Shown one piece after another: positions 30,918-40,833 of a stretch of 64,000 bases of DNA (position 1 is the first letter of the stretch; every line of letters begins with the position of its first letter). Both the position numbers and the translations under genes were made by a program. The DNA lies in the NCBI GenBank assembly GCA_965223005.1, contig CBDCVK010000010.1, positions 1,472,001-1,536,000 of the forward strand. The letters run 5' to 3'. The notes under the pieces were generated by a model, which was not told the DNA's origin, searched no databases, and worked only from the letters and a program-made list of their open reading frames with translations. This DNA is from Terriglobia bacterium. Lineage in GTDB: Bacteria > Acidobacteriota > Terriglobia > JAJPHL01 > JAPKYU01.

Positions 30918-30957
30918 TTTTCCGCCTGAGACCATAAGTGGTCAACCAACGCCGAAC

Positions 30958-31680
30958 TTACTGGACGGCCATTTTCGCGGGATTGCTCGCTTGGCCGTCG
31001 GTTTGGATCACGACGCCGAGATCGCCCGAGGGTGCATCAAGCGGCACCACAAGGTTCACCTGGTAGAGCCCCACAAATCCTGGGGCCAAGCCGGAGAAGA
31101 GCACTTCGGCAACGATACCGCCTACCGTCACCACCGGCGGAATCGAGGTGAGAGAGAGCGGAGAAGCCGAGGCGGGCGCTCCCGTGAGCGGAGCGGGAGC
31201 GACCGGTCCCAGGCCCGTGGCGTAAACAACCACCGGCTCACCCGGCGACGCCGGATTTTCGGGCGTGACAAGCTGGAAGGTCTCATTATGCAGAATGGCG
31301 CCTGCCGTGCCGTCGAGGGTAAGAATTCCCGGCTGGGCGAGCGAAATGTTGACCTCGACCGGATCGCTTAACACGCCGTTGTTGTTAACCACTACGGTCA
31401 CAGTCGCCTGCCCGGTCAGCTCGTAGGGAACCTGCAGGTTGATCTGCTCCTGGCCATCCACGGTGGCGACGGTAAACAGCGGCACGGCAATGCCACTCAG
31501 CGTCACTGAAGTTCCCTGCAACTCGGTGGGCAGCGGAAGCTGCTCGGCCAGCACGACGCCGCTCACGTCTGTGGTGATCCCCGTCCCGAAGATGGTGACG
31601 ATGGCCCCCGGCGTCACACCAGGCACAAAGCTTGCACCGTTCGCATCAGAAAACGCCGCCTCCTGCACGCTGTGGCAGTG
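30958..31680 (-). pseudogene. Isolated TIGR03437 (Soli_cterm)-type C-terminal domain with no credible N-terminus
   Basis: ANGASF.PGV.PGAIVTIFG, LPLPTEL.G, QINLQVP, YATGLG, FSGLAPGFVGLYQVN; upstream sequence lacks a signal peptide and is bounded by a terminator at ~31970. Confidence 0.7.
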
Positions 31681-31967
31681 AGAGGACATGGGGAACGCCT
31701 CGGTCACCGACACCGCGAAGGGTACATGTGGTTTCCGGGTGACTCGTGGTGGGTCGAAGAACCAAAACCCGCCGTGCTCTGGCGGGTGAACGGAAGGACC
31801 ACCGGGACTGCCCATGTCAGTCCCAATCTGATGCCGATCTACCGCAAGCCGGATGCTGAGCACCTGGACCTGGTGCACCTCCGGGCCGGTGTAGACTCTC
31901 AAAGCAGCTTGGGCCGATCTCTCGACCTACGTTCAGCCTCACTAGCCGCTTGCCGATTGGATGATCC

Positions 31968-32007
31968 AAAAGAAAAGGGGAGCCCGATTCGGATCGGACT
32001 CCCCTTT
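31968..32007 (-). terminator. Intrinsic terminator of the S-layer-like gene
   Basis: Minus strand GGGGAGTCCGAT-CCGA-ATCGGGCTCCCC followed by TTTTCTTTT. Confidence 0.85.
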
Positions 32008-32076
32008 CGGTTTCTAGTCTCGTGCGTAAGGCTCTTTCCTCACAAGAGGAGCCGCTGCACGATGGCCCTTCTTAAC

Positions 32077-33597
32077 TTACTCCGTCCGCACCGCGAGATA
32101 GCCCTGCGCCAGGGTGTTGTCTCCGTCGGTGATGAAGGCAAAGCCGTGCGCATTCCGAAATTCACAGGTTGCAGTGATATAGCCCTGGAATTCGGCGGCA
32201 ATATTTGACAGAAGATCGACCCACTGTGCCCCACCCGCGACAGGCTCGGGCGTCATCAGATCATCAGGAGCATCGGGACCGCTGTACTCGATGGTGCAGT
32301 AGCCCTTTCCCTCCGAGGCATTCGTGATGACCAGTCCGGTATTGAAGCCGAGCTTGTTGGTCACGAACGGGAACAGCAGCGTCGTGGTGCAATCGCTGAT
32401 CTCGATCACATCGTTGGTGGGGCCGCTGGCATAACGCGTCATCTTTGAAACGTCATCGGTCACGGGATGATAGCTGACGGTCACGGAACCGGTATTAAGC
32501 GCCGGCTCTCCCGCCTCCCACGTGAACGTGATCTCCAACTCATTCCATTCCATTGCTTTCTCGGCGTCCGTCCCCTCGCGCACGTCGGTAGTATCCGAGT
32601 CCTCATCGACGAAGTTGTATATGATCTGACCCGCACGTGCTGTTGACAGAGCGACGTTTCCGTCCTCATCAAGGCCGCTCATCTCCCCCTCGGTCATCAA
32701 CGTGAGTGGGGCTAAATCGCCCGATATAACTTGTGGGGAAGCGGTGAGATCTGTCATCTCGAGTGCCATTCCCGTTCCCATCATGCTCGGCGTCACGGTC
32801 ACACCCTCAGGAATGTCGCGGAAAGCCACCACGAGCGAATCTGTATCTCTGATCGCGCTCGCAAAACCTTCCACGAACTTGATGGTGGCTACATTCATGG
32901 TCATGTCCGATGGGGCCTCACACTGCAGGCCGGTTGCCGAGGTTACCGTAATGTCGAGTCCGGCTGTCACGTCGGCGAGTTTAATCGGACTGTGTTTAAT
33001 CATCACACCGTTGACACGAACTTCCGCGGTGACATCATTACCATCTCCCACCATGGAGGCGTTGGCCATGATCCCGCCGATAGTTACCGTGCTACCCGTC
33101 GCAGTGTTAGGGAAATTTATACCACCGTCCTCGTTGGCGTCGGTGGGGATAGTCCACGTGATCGTGGTGTCACCGTCCGAGAGTACTTCCTTACCCTCCC
33201 CCACATAATCTAGATGGAAGTGGCTGGCAGCCCCAAGGCTAGGGGTACCGTAGGTGAGGCCCATGACCACATCACCATCGTCGTTCGTTGCATTGGTGAT
33301 AGGCGCCGGTGTTCAGCGTAATGCTGATTACGGCTTTATCGTCAATGGGCGGCTGGCCAAAGGTTTCTTGGCGCTACCCTCCTGAAAAGGAAAAAATCCG
33401 ATGACCTCGTCACGGCACTGCAATTCCGGATACTTCCCACCGCCTCGGTGATGCCCTCGGCGCGAACCGTGTTCGCACCGCTTTGGAAGGCGAAACACTC
33501 CTGCGCCTGCGCCACGCCGCCTGCTCGCCACGGTTAGCGCGAACAGGGACAGCATGACGATGCTGTTTCTCAAGACCGCCTTTTGAACCTTCTTCAT
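32077..33597 (-). CDS. Acidic exported S-layer-like surface protein; N-terminal third broken by about 4 frame switches
   Basis: Reconstructed signal peptide plus VRAEGITEAVGSI.ELQCR...ISITLNT.ITN; intact part has EGFASA and C-terminal CTTTLLFPFVTN..GFNTG...FQGYITATC.F..AHGFAFI...AQGYLA. Confidence 0.65.
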
Positions 33598-33850
33598 TGT
33601 TCTTCCTTTTTCCATCTCGCCTCTTCTCCTTCTTGGTTTCAGATCAGAATTTTTAATTCCTGGTGACGTTGGATACCTCAACGTTATACCTCAACATGCT
33701 CCCCCGTCACGAGAGCTACTGAACAACACGCTCGCCCCAACTTCGCCGCTTCCGGGCGGCAAGCTCGGGCAAACCGTACACTCTCGCCGGAGATCGTCCT
33801 GAAAGCCTCACACAGTTTGCCTTGGATCCGCCCGGGGCGACGACGCATCT

Positions 33851-33880
33851 TTTGTATCAACTCCAGCTGTGCCGCGTCAA
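33851..33880 (-). promoter_or_regulatory. Second sigma70-type promoter upstream of the S-layer-like gene
   Basis: TTGACG-N18-TACAAA with an A-tract upstream. Confidence 0.4.
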
Positions 33881-34012
33881 CTGTTTTTTTACTTTCCCGT
33901 TTACCACCCAAACGGCCAGAGGCGGGATGGCGCGCTCTCGCCCCGATCATCACTGCCAGTCCAAGCCGGTCCAAACGTTCCCTGCCGCCTTACATACAAA
34001 GCGGCCATCGTG

Positions 34013-34041
34013 AAATTAACAACTGGCAGGGGGCATGTCAA
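34013..34041 (-). promoter_or_regulatory. Strong sigma70-type promoter upstream of the S-layer-like gene
   Basis: TTGACA-N17-TAATTT with extended TG and upstream A-tract. Confidence 0.65.
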
Positions 34042-34095
34042 GATTTTTTTTCGAAATGTGCCAGGAAAAAACAGGCCACTAGGGGGGGGCAAGGG

Positions 34096-34114
34096 GGCAG
34101 TAGGCAGTAGGCGG
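34096..34114. repeat. 7-mer array downstream of the four-helix-bundle gene
   Basis: GGCAGTA GGCAGTA GGCGG. Confidence 0.75.
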
Positions 34115-34486
34115 CTATCCGGGGAGAAATGTTTGCGGATCCGCCATCATACGACCCAACATTCTGCCTAACGGCTCATACCTGGTGACGATGCGCCTAT
34201 GCAGAATCCTGCGATAAGTAGCCGCAATTACGGGCGAAGTCGAGCCACACTTGCGTTTCGGTTGCCTCCGCGTCGGCGTCAGCAAGCTTACTCACAAACA
34301 TACTCGGATATTGCCGCTTTCTGAAGCCTTCGGCGAGGTTCGCGGCAACGCTGCGTGAGGAGCGGCGTATTTGATCGGTCAAGGAGAAACGCTCATCCCT
34401 GGGGAATACCTTAGAATGCTGGAAGACCTCCATCGCTAGCTTGTACGCCAGTTGATAAGCTTTCAGATCCGATGTCCCTGTAGCAA
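34115..34486 (-). CDS. Four helix bundle protein (TIGR02436 / 23S rRNA IVP-like), compensating indels at ~34470 and ~34205
   Basis: Reconstructed MLQGHRDLKAYQLAYKLAMEVF...FPRDERFSLTDQIRRSSRSVAANLAEG...EATETQVWLDFA..CGYL...LGRMLGRMMADPQTFLPG. Confidence 0.88.
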
Positions 34487-34506
34487 TTGAACCTTCCGTC
34501 CACCGC

Positions 34507-34534
34507 CCGCTTTCCGCCTTCTGCTTTCTGCCGA
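34507..34534. repeat. 7-mer array upstream of the four-helix-bundle gene
   Basis: CCGCTTT CCGCCTT CTGCTTT CTGCCGA; complementary to the 34096 array. Confidence 0.75.
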
Positions 34535-34540
34535 CCGGCC

Positions 34541-36802
34541 TTACTCGCTCTCCTGCCTGAGCGCCTTGCGCAATTCCTTCAATTTGTCGTGGAACTCCTT
34601 GGTGGCCATCTTGGCCTCGCCCATGTCCTTGATCACCCTGGGCGTGAGCAGGATGATCAGCTCGTTGCGGCTGGTGGAATCGCGGGTGGTGCCGAACAAT
34701 AGCCCCAAGCCGGGAATGCGCCCTAACAGCGGCACTCGATTGGTGGAGACGATCCGGGTTTCCGAGATGATGCCGCCCAGGGCAATGGTCTCCCCGTCCT
34801 GCACCGTCACCTGAGTGGACACGGAACGCTTCTGGATCGAAGTCAGAGTGCCGCTGCTGGTCGGCAAGCTGACTTCCTGGTCGATACGCAACGTCACCAG
34901 CCCGCTGGGATTGATGCGCGGTGTCACCGACAGGATCACGCCGGTATCCCGCCTCTGGTAGGAACTGACAGGTGAGATGGTCCCGAAGGCTACACCCTGC
35001 TGAGTCTGGATGGGAATCTCCTGTCCTACCTGGATGCGCGCCTCGGTGTTATTGCTGGCCAAAAGCGTGGGCGCGGAAAGCACCCGTGTGCGTCCCCGGT
35101 TCTCCTGGGCATTCAGGAACAGGAACAACTCGCGGCTGCGGCCTATCAAGGTGCCCACCGAAGCGCTCAGGCCGGCGTTAGGAAACGTCTCCGTCCCGAA
35201 AGCGCTGAATTGCCCAACGGGATTCCGGGAGGCGCTGCTGCGCCGCTGGAGGAACGCTTCGACCCCGAAGGACAGCGCCCCCGATAAGGTGACCTCGTAC
35301 ACCTTGGCTTCAATGAGCACCTGCCGGGGCGCCACGTCCAGCTCCTTCAGGGTCTCAAGGATGACTTCGTAGTCCTGCGGGGTAGCCTGGACGACCAGGG
35401 TATTGTTGATGGGGTCCGGAACAATGCGCGCCGGACTCTGCAACATTCCGCCCGGCACAGCAGCTATGAAGATTTGCCTGGAACCCCGGTACATAGAACC
35501 CCGCGATGTTTGGCCCACCCCGCCGACAGGAAACGACACACCTCCGGGCGTCATTCCTCCACCAGCCGCTCCCATCCCGCCGGGCGGTATCATCCCCGGC
35601 GCTGTCATCCCGGGCGCCGACGCTCCTGTTGCCTCCGCACCCATCATCGGCCGAGCTGCTCCGTAAAGGCCCGCCAATACGAAAGCCAACTCCCCCGCCG
35701 CCCTGTTTTCCACCTTGTAGGCAAAGTTCTGCAGTCCCCCACGGCGCACGGGCTTGTCCAGCTTCTCAATCCACTGCTGCACTTCCGAGTACACCTCGGA
35801 ATTCGGAGTCGCCACCAGGATGGAGTTGATTCGCTCCAGTGCAATAAACCGCACCGCCGAGCCTTCCTTCGAGAGGGCATACGCCTTGAAGATTTCCTCC
35901 AGGTCCTTGACCAGGCTGCTGGCCTGGCTGTTCTCGATGGCAAACAACCGGACCCGCTGCTGCTCCAGCGCCGAGGTGTCAAACAGGTTCACCATCCCCA
36001 TTAGCCGCTTCAGGCTGCGGCTGGTGTCGGTGATGAGCAGGATGTTGCCCGGCTCGTGGGTCACGATGTGGCCCGCTTCCGACAGGTAGCTGCTCAGGAT
36101 TTTCGACATATCCGCGGCGGTGACGAAGCTGAGGGCGACCACGTTCATCACCATGCGGTCATCAGGCGGCAGGCTGGCTCCAGTGGGATCCTGGGTGAGC
36201 GGTAGCGGAACACGCGGCGCTCCCTTCAGGGGCACGATCCGCCAGAAGCTGCCGCTCTGGACGGCCGAGGCCCCGTTGGCCCGCAGGATGGCCTGCAGCA
36301 GGGGCAGCAGGTCCTCATGACTCAGGTTGCCCAGGGTGTTGATGTTCACCACACCCTTCACCCCAGGGTCCACGACATAGTTCATCTTGAGTTCGGCGGC
36401 AATGATCCCAATCACCTGAAGCAGGTTGGCATTCTCCAGGTGGAGGCTGATGCGCGCCCCAGCTCGCGTCTTCCCCGTTGCCGGTGCCGCTTCCGCCTCC
36501 TGCGCGGGAGGCTCTGCCGATGGCTGGTCTTGAGGCTGGGCAGTCGGTTGTTGCGGTTCCTGAGCCTGAGGCTCTGTCGGTTCCCCCTGCGCTGGCGGCT
36601 GGACCGGTTGCTCGGTTTGAGACTGCGCAGGTGGTTGCGCGGGTTCCTGGACCGGCGCGGCCTTCCTCGGAGTGCTGCCTGCGGCGACCGTCGACATCAG
36701 CCCCCAAGCTGCTAAAACTAGGACGGCGCTACCCAGTTGGCCTCTCAGTACATCGGATGTGAAATTCTGCATCCTCTTCATGGTTCGTTTTATTCGGCTC
36801 AT
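34541..36802 (-). CDS. gspD: Type II secretion secretin
   Basis: N0-N3 domains, LDVAPRQVLIEA, LSAP...A.IQVG.EIP, DTGVILSVTPRIN, VPLLGRIPGLGLLF, ELIILLTPRVI; Q/P-rich N-terminal linker. Confidence 0.95.
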   Translation of the reverse strand: MSRIKRTMKRMQNFTSDVLRGQLGSAVLVLAAWGLMSTVAAGSTPRKAAPVQEPAQPPAQSQTEQPVQPPAQGEPTEPQAQEPQQPTAQPQDQPSAEPPAQEAEAAPATGKTRAGARISLHLENANLLQVIGIIAAELKMNYVVDPGVKGVVNINTLGNLSHEDLLPLLQAILRANGASAVQSGSFWRIVPLKGAPRVPLPLTQDPTGASLPPDDRMVMNVVALSFVTAADMSKILSSYLSEAGHIVTHEPGNILLITDTSRSLKRLMGMVNLFDTSALEQQRVRLFAIENSQASSLVKDLEEIFKAYALSKEGSAVRFIALERINSILVATPNSEVYSEVQQWIEKLDKPVRRGGLQNFAYKVENRAAGELAFVLAGLYGAARPMMGAEATGASAPGMTAPGMIPPGGMGAAGGGMTPGGVSFPVGGVGQTSRGSMYRGSRQIFIAAVPGGMLQSPARIVPDPINNTLVVQATPQDYEVILETLKELDVAPRQVLIEAKVYEVTLSGALSFGVEAFLQRRSSASRNPVGQFSAFGTETFPNAGLSASVGTLIGRSRELFLFLNAQENRGRTRVLSAPTLLASNNTEARIQVGQEIPIQTQQGVAFGTISPVSSYQRRDTGVILSVTPRINPSGLVTLRIDQEVSLPTSSGTLTSIQKRSVSTQVTVQDGETIALGGIISETRIVSTNRVPLLGRIPGLGLLFGTTRDSTSRNELIILLTPRVIKDMGEAKMATKEFHDKLKELRKALRQESE

Positions 36803-36815
36803 CTCAGATTCTGCC

Positions 36816-37613
36816 TCATTGGGTTTTCTGCGCCGCCGGGAGATCCTCATACCAGGTCTGTACACCAAATGGCGTTACCCGGTCGTATCTCTTCCGGTTA
36901 CCTTCGACGGTGACGGTTAAATAGCGATCCCCGGTGGGGGAGCCGGTCGCTGGGGCGACAGCGGGAGCGGTGGCGGCTCCTGGGGCGGGTGTAGACGCCG
37001 GCCCTGCAGAAGAAGCTGAAGGGGAAGCCGGAACAGCGGTCAACACCTGGTCGGCCGCGGTGCCGGCCGGGCGGGCGGGCCGAACGGCGGCCCGCCCGGC
37101 GGCCTGGCGCACGTTTTCGGCTGATTCGTAGACATCAATGGTGGTCTTCTGGCCCTCGAATTCGATAATCACCTGGTGCTCGGCGATTTCCGCCACGCGA
37201 TAGCCACCGATTTCATCGCCCACCTTGAGCCGGCGGAATGTGGCCTGCCTGGCCTGTTGCGGCTCGGCCATCAGGGCCACCGGACCGCTGCCGAGGTTCA
37301 AGGTTCCAATCACCAAGGGGACCGGCGGCCGGACCTTGGATACGCTTGCCAACGCCTGGTCGTTGTTGCGGTCGGGGCTGAACAGGTTGCGGGTGAGCAG
37401 CACGGAGTGGCTGTCCGGGACAGCCGCCAGTCCAGCTTCAGCCATGCCTGCTTTGGACACACTTGGCCCGGGGGTGGCTGCTGAGGTCACAAACTGCTTG
37501 TAGCGGGCATGATTGCTCTGCCAGGTATCGTGGATGGCGGCGGCAACCCACATCGCCAGCGTCAAGAGGGCTAGGTTGAGATAGGTTATCGGTTTGCGCA
37601 TGCTTTCTCTCAC
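36816..37613 (-). CDS. GspC-like T2SS protein
   Basis: N-terminal TM, RNLFSPDR, HR-like domain (LKVGDEIGGYRVAEI); lies between gspM and gspD. Confidence 0.65.
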   Translation of the reverse strand: MRESMRKPITYLNLALLTLAMWVAAAIHDTWQSNHARYKQFVTSAATPGPSVSKAGMAEAGLAAVPDSHSVLLTRNLFSPDRNNDQALASVSKVRPPVPLVIGTLNLGSGPVALMAEPQQARQATFRRLKVGDEIGGYRVAEIAEHQVIIEFEGQKTTIDVYESAENVRQAAGRAAVRPARPAGTAADQVLTAVPASPSASSAGPASTPAPGAATAPAVAPATGSPTGDRYLTVTVEGNRKRYDRVTPFGVQTWYEDLPAAQKTQ

Positions 37614-38272
37614 GCTTTGGGAGTTGGCGCGGGCTCGGCGAACATCAACCCGCGAATCACCATTCGCACCGCCACCATCTTTTGCGGCTTTTGTGGTTTT
37701 TGTGGCCGACCGGGCCGCGAGGGCAGCGCCCTAATGGAGAGCTGATCCAGCGCCAGTACCTTGCGACTGGCGTGGGCAGCCAGCAGAAAACTCGTGAGCT
37801 GGTCCAGCCTGCATTGGAACGACAACGACAAGGGCACGACGTTATAGCTCGCCCCGGCGACCTTGAGAACCCGCACCGGCCGGAAGGCGGCGTTGCGCAT
37901 TTCCATGCCCTGCTTCGCCATCAGTTGCTTGATCACTTCCTGCAACTCGGCCGCAGCCAGGGCCGACGTGCTGCTGCTCAGCAGGCCTTTCTCGGCTTCA
38001 GCCAGACGAGCCTGCATTTCCTGAAACTCCTTTTTCTGATCTGCGGCCAGGGCTACAAGTCGCCGGTATTTGCGCAGGGTCTTCTCCTTCAGTGGCAGCG
38101 AGGCACGGAGCTTCTCGGCGGGGTCCATGACGGGCAAGACAAGCAAATCCAGCAGCAGGAACAGAGCAGTGGCAGCTGCCAGCAAGAGCAGAGCCCGCTG
38201 GTCTCGAGCGCTCAAAGAACGCAAGAAAGACGCAGCTGTCGCTGGCTCCCTCTTCCTGCCTCCGTTAGTCAT
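37610..38272 (-). CDS. gspM: T2SS GspM/PilO-like protein
   Basis: LSARDQR-TM, coiled coil, ferredoxin-like C-terminus. Confidence 0.75.
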   Translation of the reverse strand: MTNGGRKREPATAASFLRSLSARDQRALLLLAAATALFLLLDLLVLPVMDPAEKLRASLPLKEKTLRKYRRLVALAADQKKEFQEMQARLAEAEKGLLSSSTSALAAAELQEVIKQLMAKQGMEMRNAAFRPVRVLKVAGASYNVVPLSLSFQCRLDQLTSFLLAAHASRKVLALDQLSIRALPSRPGRPQKPQKPQKMVAVRMVIRGLMFAEPAPTPKA

Positions 38273-39791
38273 GACTGGCCACCTCCTCCGCTCGTGCCTG
38301 CGTCTCCCGCAACCGCATCCGGATCTGGAAGGCCTCCCGCCCTTGTTTGTTCTTGGTGATCGCGGTGATGAATTCCGGCTGTTGGAAATGCGGCGACTGA
38401 TTGATGGCCTGTAGAATGCCGGAAGCGGATTGGGCTTGCCCGGAGGCCGTCACCTGGTTATCCTTAAAATGGAGTGTTTGCAACCAGGCCGTATCGGGAA
38501 CCAGGCGAGTTAGTTCCTTCCACGCCTCGAGCCTGAGCGCGATATCCTGCCGCTGGCCCTGTAGCAGATCCCATTTCAACAACAGCGCCTGGTGGCGGGA
38601 ATTCAGCTGTTCCACATGCTCCACATGGGGCTGCAACTTGCTGATCTCCGAGTTCAACCAGGAGGAATAGAAGCGGTCCTGCACCCATGTGGTTGCGAGC
38701 CAGGCAGCGCCGAGCAACAGCACAAGTACCACCAACGCATAGGCCGAGGTATGTGTCCAGCGGGAGCGCCAGTGGGAACGATAGCCGCGCTTCTCGACAG
38801 GCAGCAGATTCCAGCGCAGGCCGGGGGGGGAGGCCAACCCCGGCAGGCGGAGTTCGAGCTCTGGCAGGGCCGCCGCGTAGGCCACAAGATGCTTTCGGAG
38901 GTGGAACTCCGCTGGCCCCGCCTCGGGAATGACCACCGGAATATCCTCTGCCGAGGACCGGTTCGCTGGTGCAGAGTCTTCTGCTGCCGGTTGTTCTCTG
39001 ACTTCCGATTTTTGCGCGATGACTTCGCCAGTTTCTAGCAGCGGCGGACTATCCTGGGGATCGAGTCGCAACTCGGCCACGCAAAACTCCACTTCGCGCT
39101 CGAACGAGGTCGTAGCCGCAACTTCTTTAGAGTAGAACGAGCCATCGGGTGCGACTCCCAGCAGTTCCAGAACTTGCCCGCAGTGATCCATCAACAACAG
39201 CGGGCGAGGCAGTCCTGGCTTGTTCCGGCCCCGATGGAAGGAAGCCCCGCGCAGCGCCTGGTACAGCACGGCTGTAGAAAGGGTGAAGCCGGCCACGTCC
39301 ACGCCCGCCTGGAGGAACCACTGGTAGAGCGGCTCCAGCGTATTCTTCTGGACAATCGCCACAGCCACGCGCAGCCGCCCGCGTTGACCTTCCTCCCCAG
39401 CGCCGGCCCCATTGCCCGTGTTGCGCGCAGGTGGTTCGGGAAGGAGCGCGTAGTCGAAATAGACGCTGCCTTCCTCGAACGGGTGGAGCTGATCCACCTG
39501 GTAGCCGACCGTCTGCCCCAGTTCTGACGCAACTTCGGCGGGCAATTCCAACGTTCGGACCAGGCCAGCGCCGCGCGGGAGCGCCACCAGTGCGCTGGTG
39601 GTCAACGCATGGTTCTCTTCACGGAAGCGCCGGTATTGCTGGGCCACCTCGGCCACCGGCCGGGCGCGGAAATCCTCGATCCGCAGGAACCCGCTGACGC
39701 GCAGGCGGCGCCCGCGGCCGCGCAAGCAGACAGCGTCCAGGTGGCTTCCCCGAACAGCAATGCCGATACTGGTTCCCAGATAGAAGGTCAT
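38265..39791 (-). CDS. gspL: T2SS GspL (PilM/PilN-like)
   Basis: Actin-like cytoplasmic part, NLLP motif before the TM, ELTRLVPDTAWL...SPHF PilN domain. Confidence 0.8.
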   Translation of the reverse strand: MTFYLGTSIGIAVRGSHLDAVCLRGRGRRLRVSGFLRIEDFRARPVAEVAQQYRRFREENHALTTSALVALPRGAGLVRTLELPAEVASELGQTVGYQVDQLHPFEEGSVYFDYALLPEPPARNTGNGAGAGEEGQRGRLRVAVAIVQKNTLEPLYQWFLQAGVDVAGFTLSTAVLYQALRGASFHRGRNKPGLPRPLLLMDHCGQVLELLGVAPDGSFYSKEVAATTSFEREVEFCVAELRLDPQDSPPLLETGEVIAQKSEVREQPAAEDSAPANRSSAEDIPVVIPEAGPAEFHLRKHLVAYAAALPELELRLPGLASPPGLRWNLLPVEKRGYRSHWRSRWTHTSAYALVVLVLLLGAAWLATTWVQDRFYSSWLNSEISKLQPHVEHVEQLNSRHQALLLKWDLLQGQRQDIALRLEAWKELTRLVPDTAWLQTLHFKDNQVTASGQAQSASGILQAINQSPHFQQPEFITAITKNKQGREAFQIRMRLRETQARAEEVASHD

Positions 39792-39834
39792 TTCCGATAC
39801 GTTCCTTGCTTCAAGTCCTCGTTCACAGCCCCGT

Positions 39835-40833
39835 TCACAAAATGGCCCACTCCTCCTCAATTGCCTGTTCATCCCAGGCCAATAGCTGCGTCCGGCCGGT
39901 GGCTTCCCGCTGGAAGACGGCGCGCACCGACGCCCGGGTGGCCGAGCCGCGGAACCGGCCGGTGGCAGTCAGGGTAAACAGATCCCGGATTGGATAGACT
40001 CCAAGGTGCGGCAAAGCCTCCGCGGGAAGCGAAATCGGTAGCTCGGTCAGGTTTCGGTAGAGCTTCTCCCGGCGTCCGGCGACGACTGCCCGTACCCGCT
40101 CTTCGTCCATCCCCGGCACGCTCAGCAACACTTCGTGAGGGACGTAGTTGACATCCAGTCTTGTGGAATTCCCATACACCGTCAGCAGGCGGTTGAACCC
40201 GCCGCGCCGGACCAGCCGGTCATTGGCGTCGCGCTCCATCCAGCCGTAGAACAGCTCCGGTGTGACTCCTTTCACCTGCAGCAGTTCTTCCAGCCGCTGG
40301 AAGGGCTGGTGCGCTGCCTGGTAGGGCTGCTCCAGACCAGAGTAGAACTGGTCAAAGACGCTTCCAACGCTCGAAGTGGCTGGCGCGCGCCAATCGGCAA
40401 TGGCCCGGACGATCTCCTCGGCGTCCCTCTCCCCCACTCCGGCAGCCTGAAACAGTGCATGCAGCCGCTCCACCGACGCGGTGTTGACGTTCAGCTTGCC
40501 TGCTTCGGAGGCCACCCGGACCCGTGCCGTTCCGGTGGCGTAGGAAAACTCCAGATAGGGCTGACCCGGTTCGTAAAACAGCTTCTGTTCGGCGTCATGC
40601 AAGCCGGGGGTTTGCAGCACGTAGAGCGCCTGTTCCAGCGCGCCGCGGGCCAGGAAGCGAGCTTGCTCGGCTTCCAGGCGGTAACGGGTAGCGGACAGTT
40701 CGGTGCGCACCGAGACAGCCACCGCCAGCGCGACCAGCGACAGCGCCGCCGTCAGCCACATCACCAGCAACAACACCGCACCTTTGTGGGAATTCGAGCT
40801 TGGACCATCGGCTTTGGACTTTGACTTTCTCAT
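39835..40833 (-). CDS. gspK: Minor pseudopilin K
   Basis: KG-AVLLLVMW, EAGKLNVNTA, IADWR, EELLQVKGVT. Confidence 0.9.
   Translation of the reverse strand: MRKSKSKADGPSSNSHKGAVLLLVMWLTAALSLVALAVAVSVRTELSATRYRLEAEQARFLARGALEQALYVLQTPGLHDAEQKLFYEPGQPYLEFSYATGTARVRVASEAGKLNVNTASVERLHALFQAAGVGERDAEEIVRAIADWRAPATSSVGSVFDQFYSGLEQPYQAAHQPFQRLEELLQVKGVTPELFYGWMERDANDRLVRRGGFNRLLTVYGNSTRLDVNYVPHEVLLSVPGMDEERVRAVVAGRREKLYRNLTELPISLPAEALPHLGVYPIRDLFTLTATGRFRGSATRASVRAVFQREATGRTQLLAWDEQAIEEEWAIL

Noticed and set aside
34115-34486. Diversity-generating retroelement or rRNA intervening sequence
   Set aside because: No reverse transcriptase, TR/VR pair or rRNA sequence nearby
37680-37706. PQK x3 repeat in gspM (also GEPAQ repeats in the porin and the Q/P linker of gspD)
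   Set aside because: Ordinary in-frame low-complexity linkers
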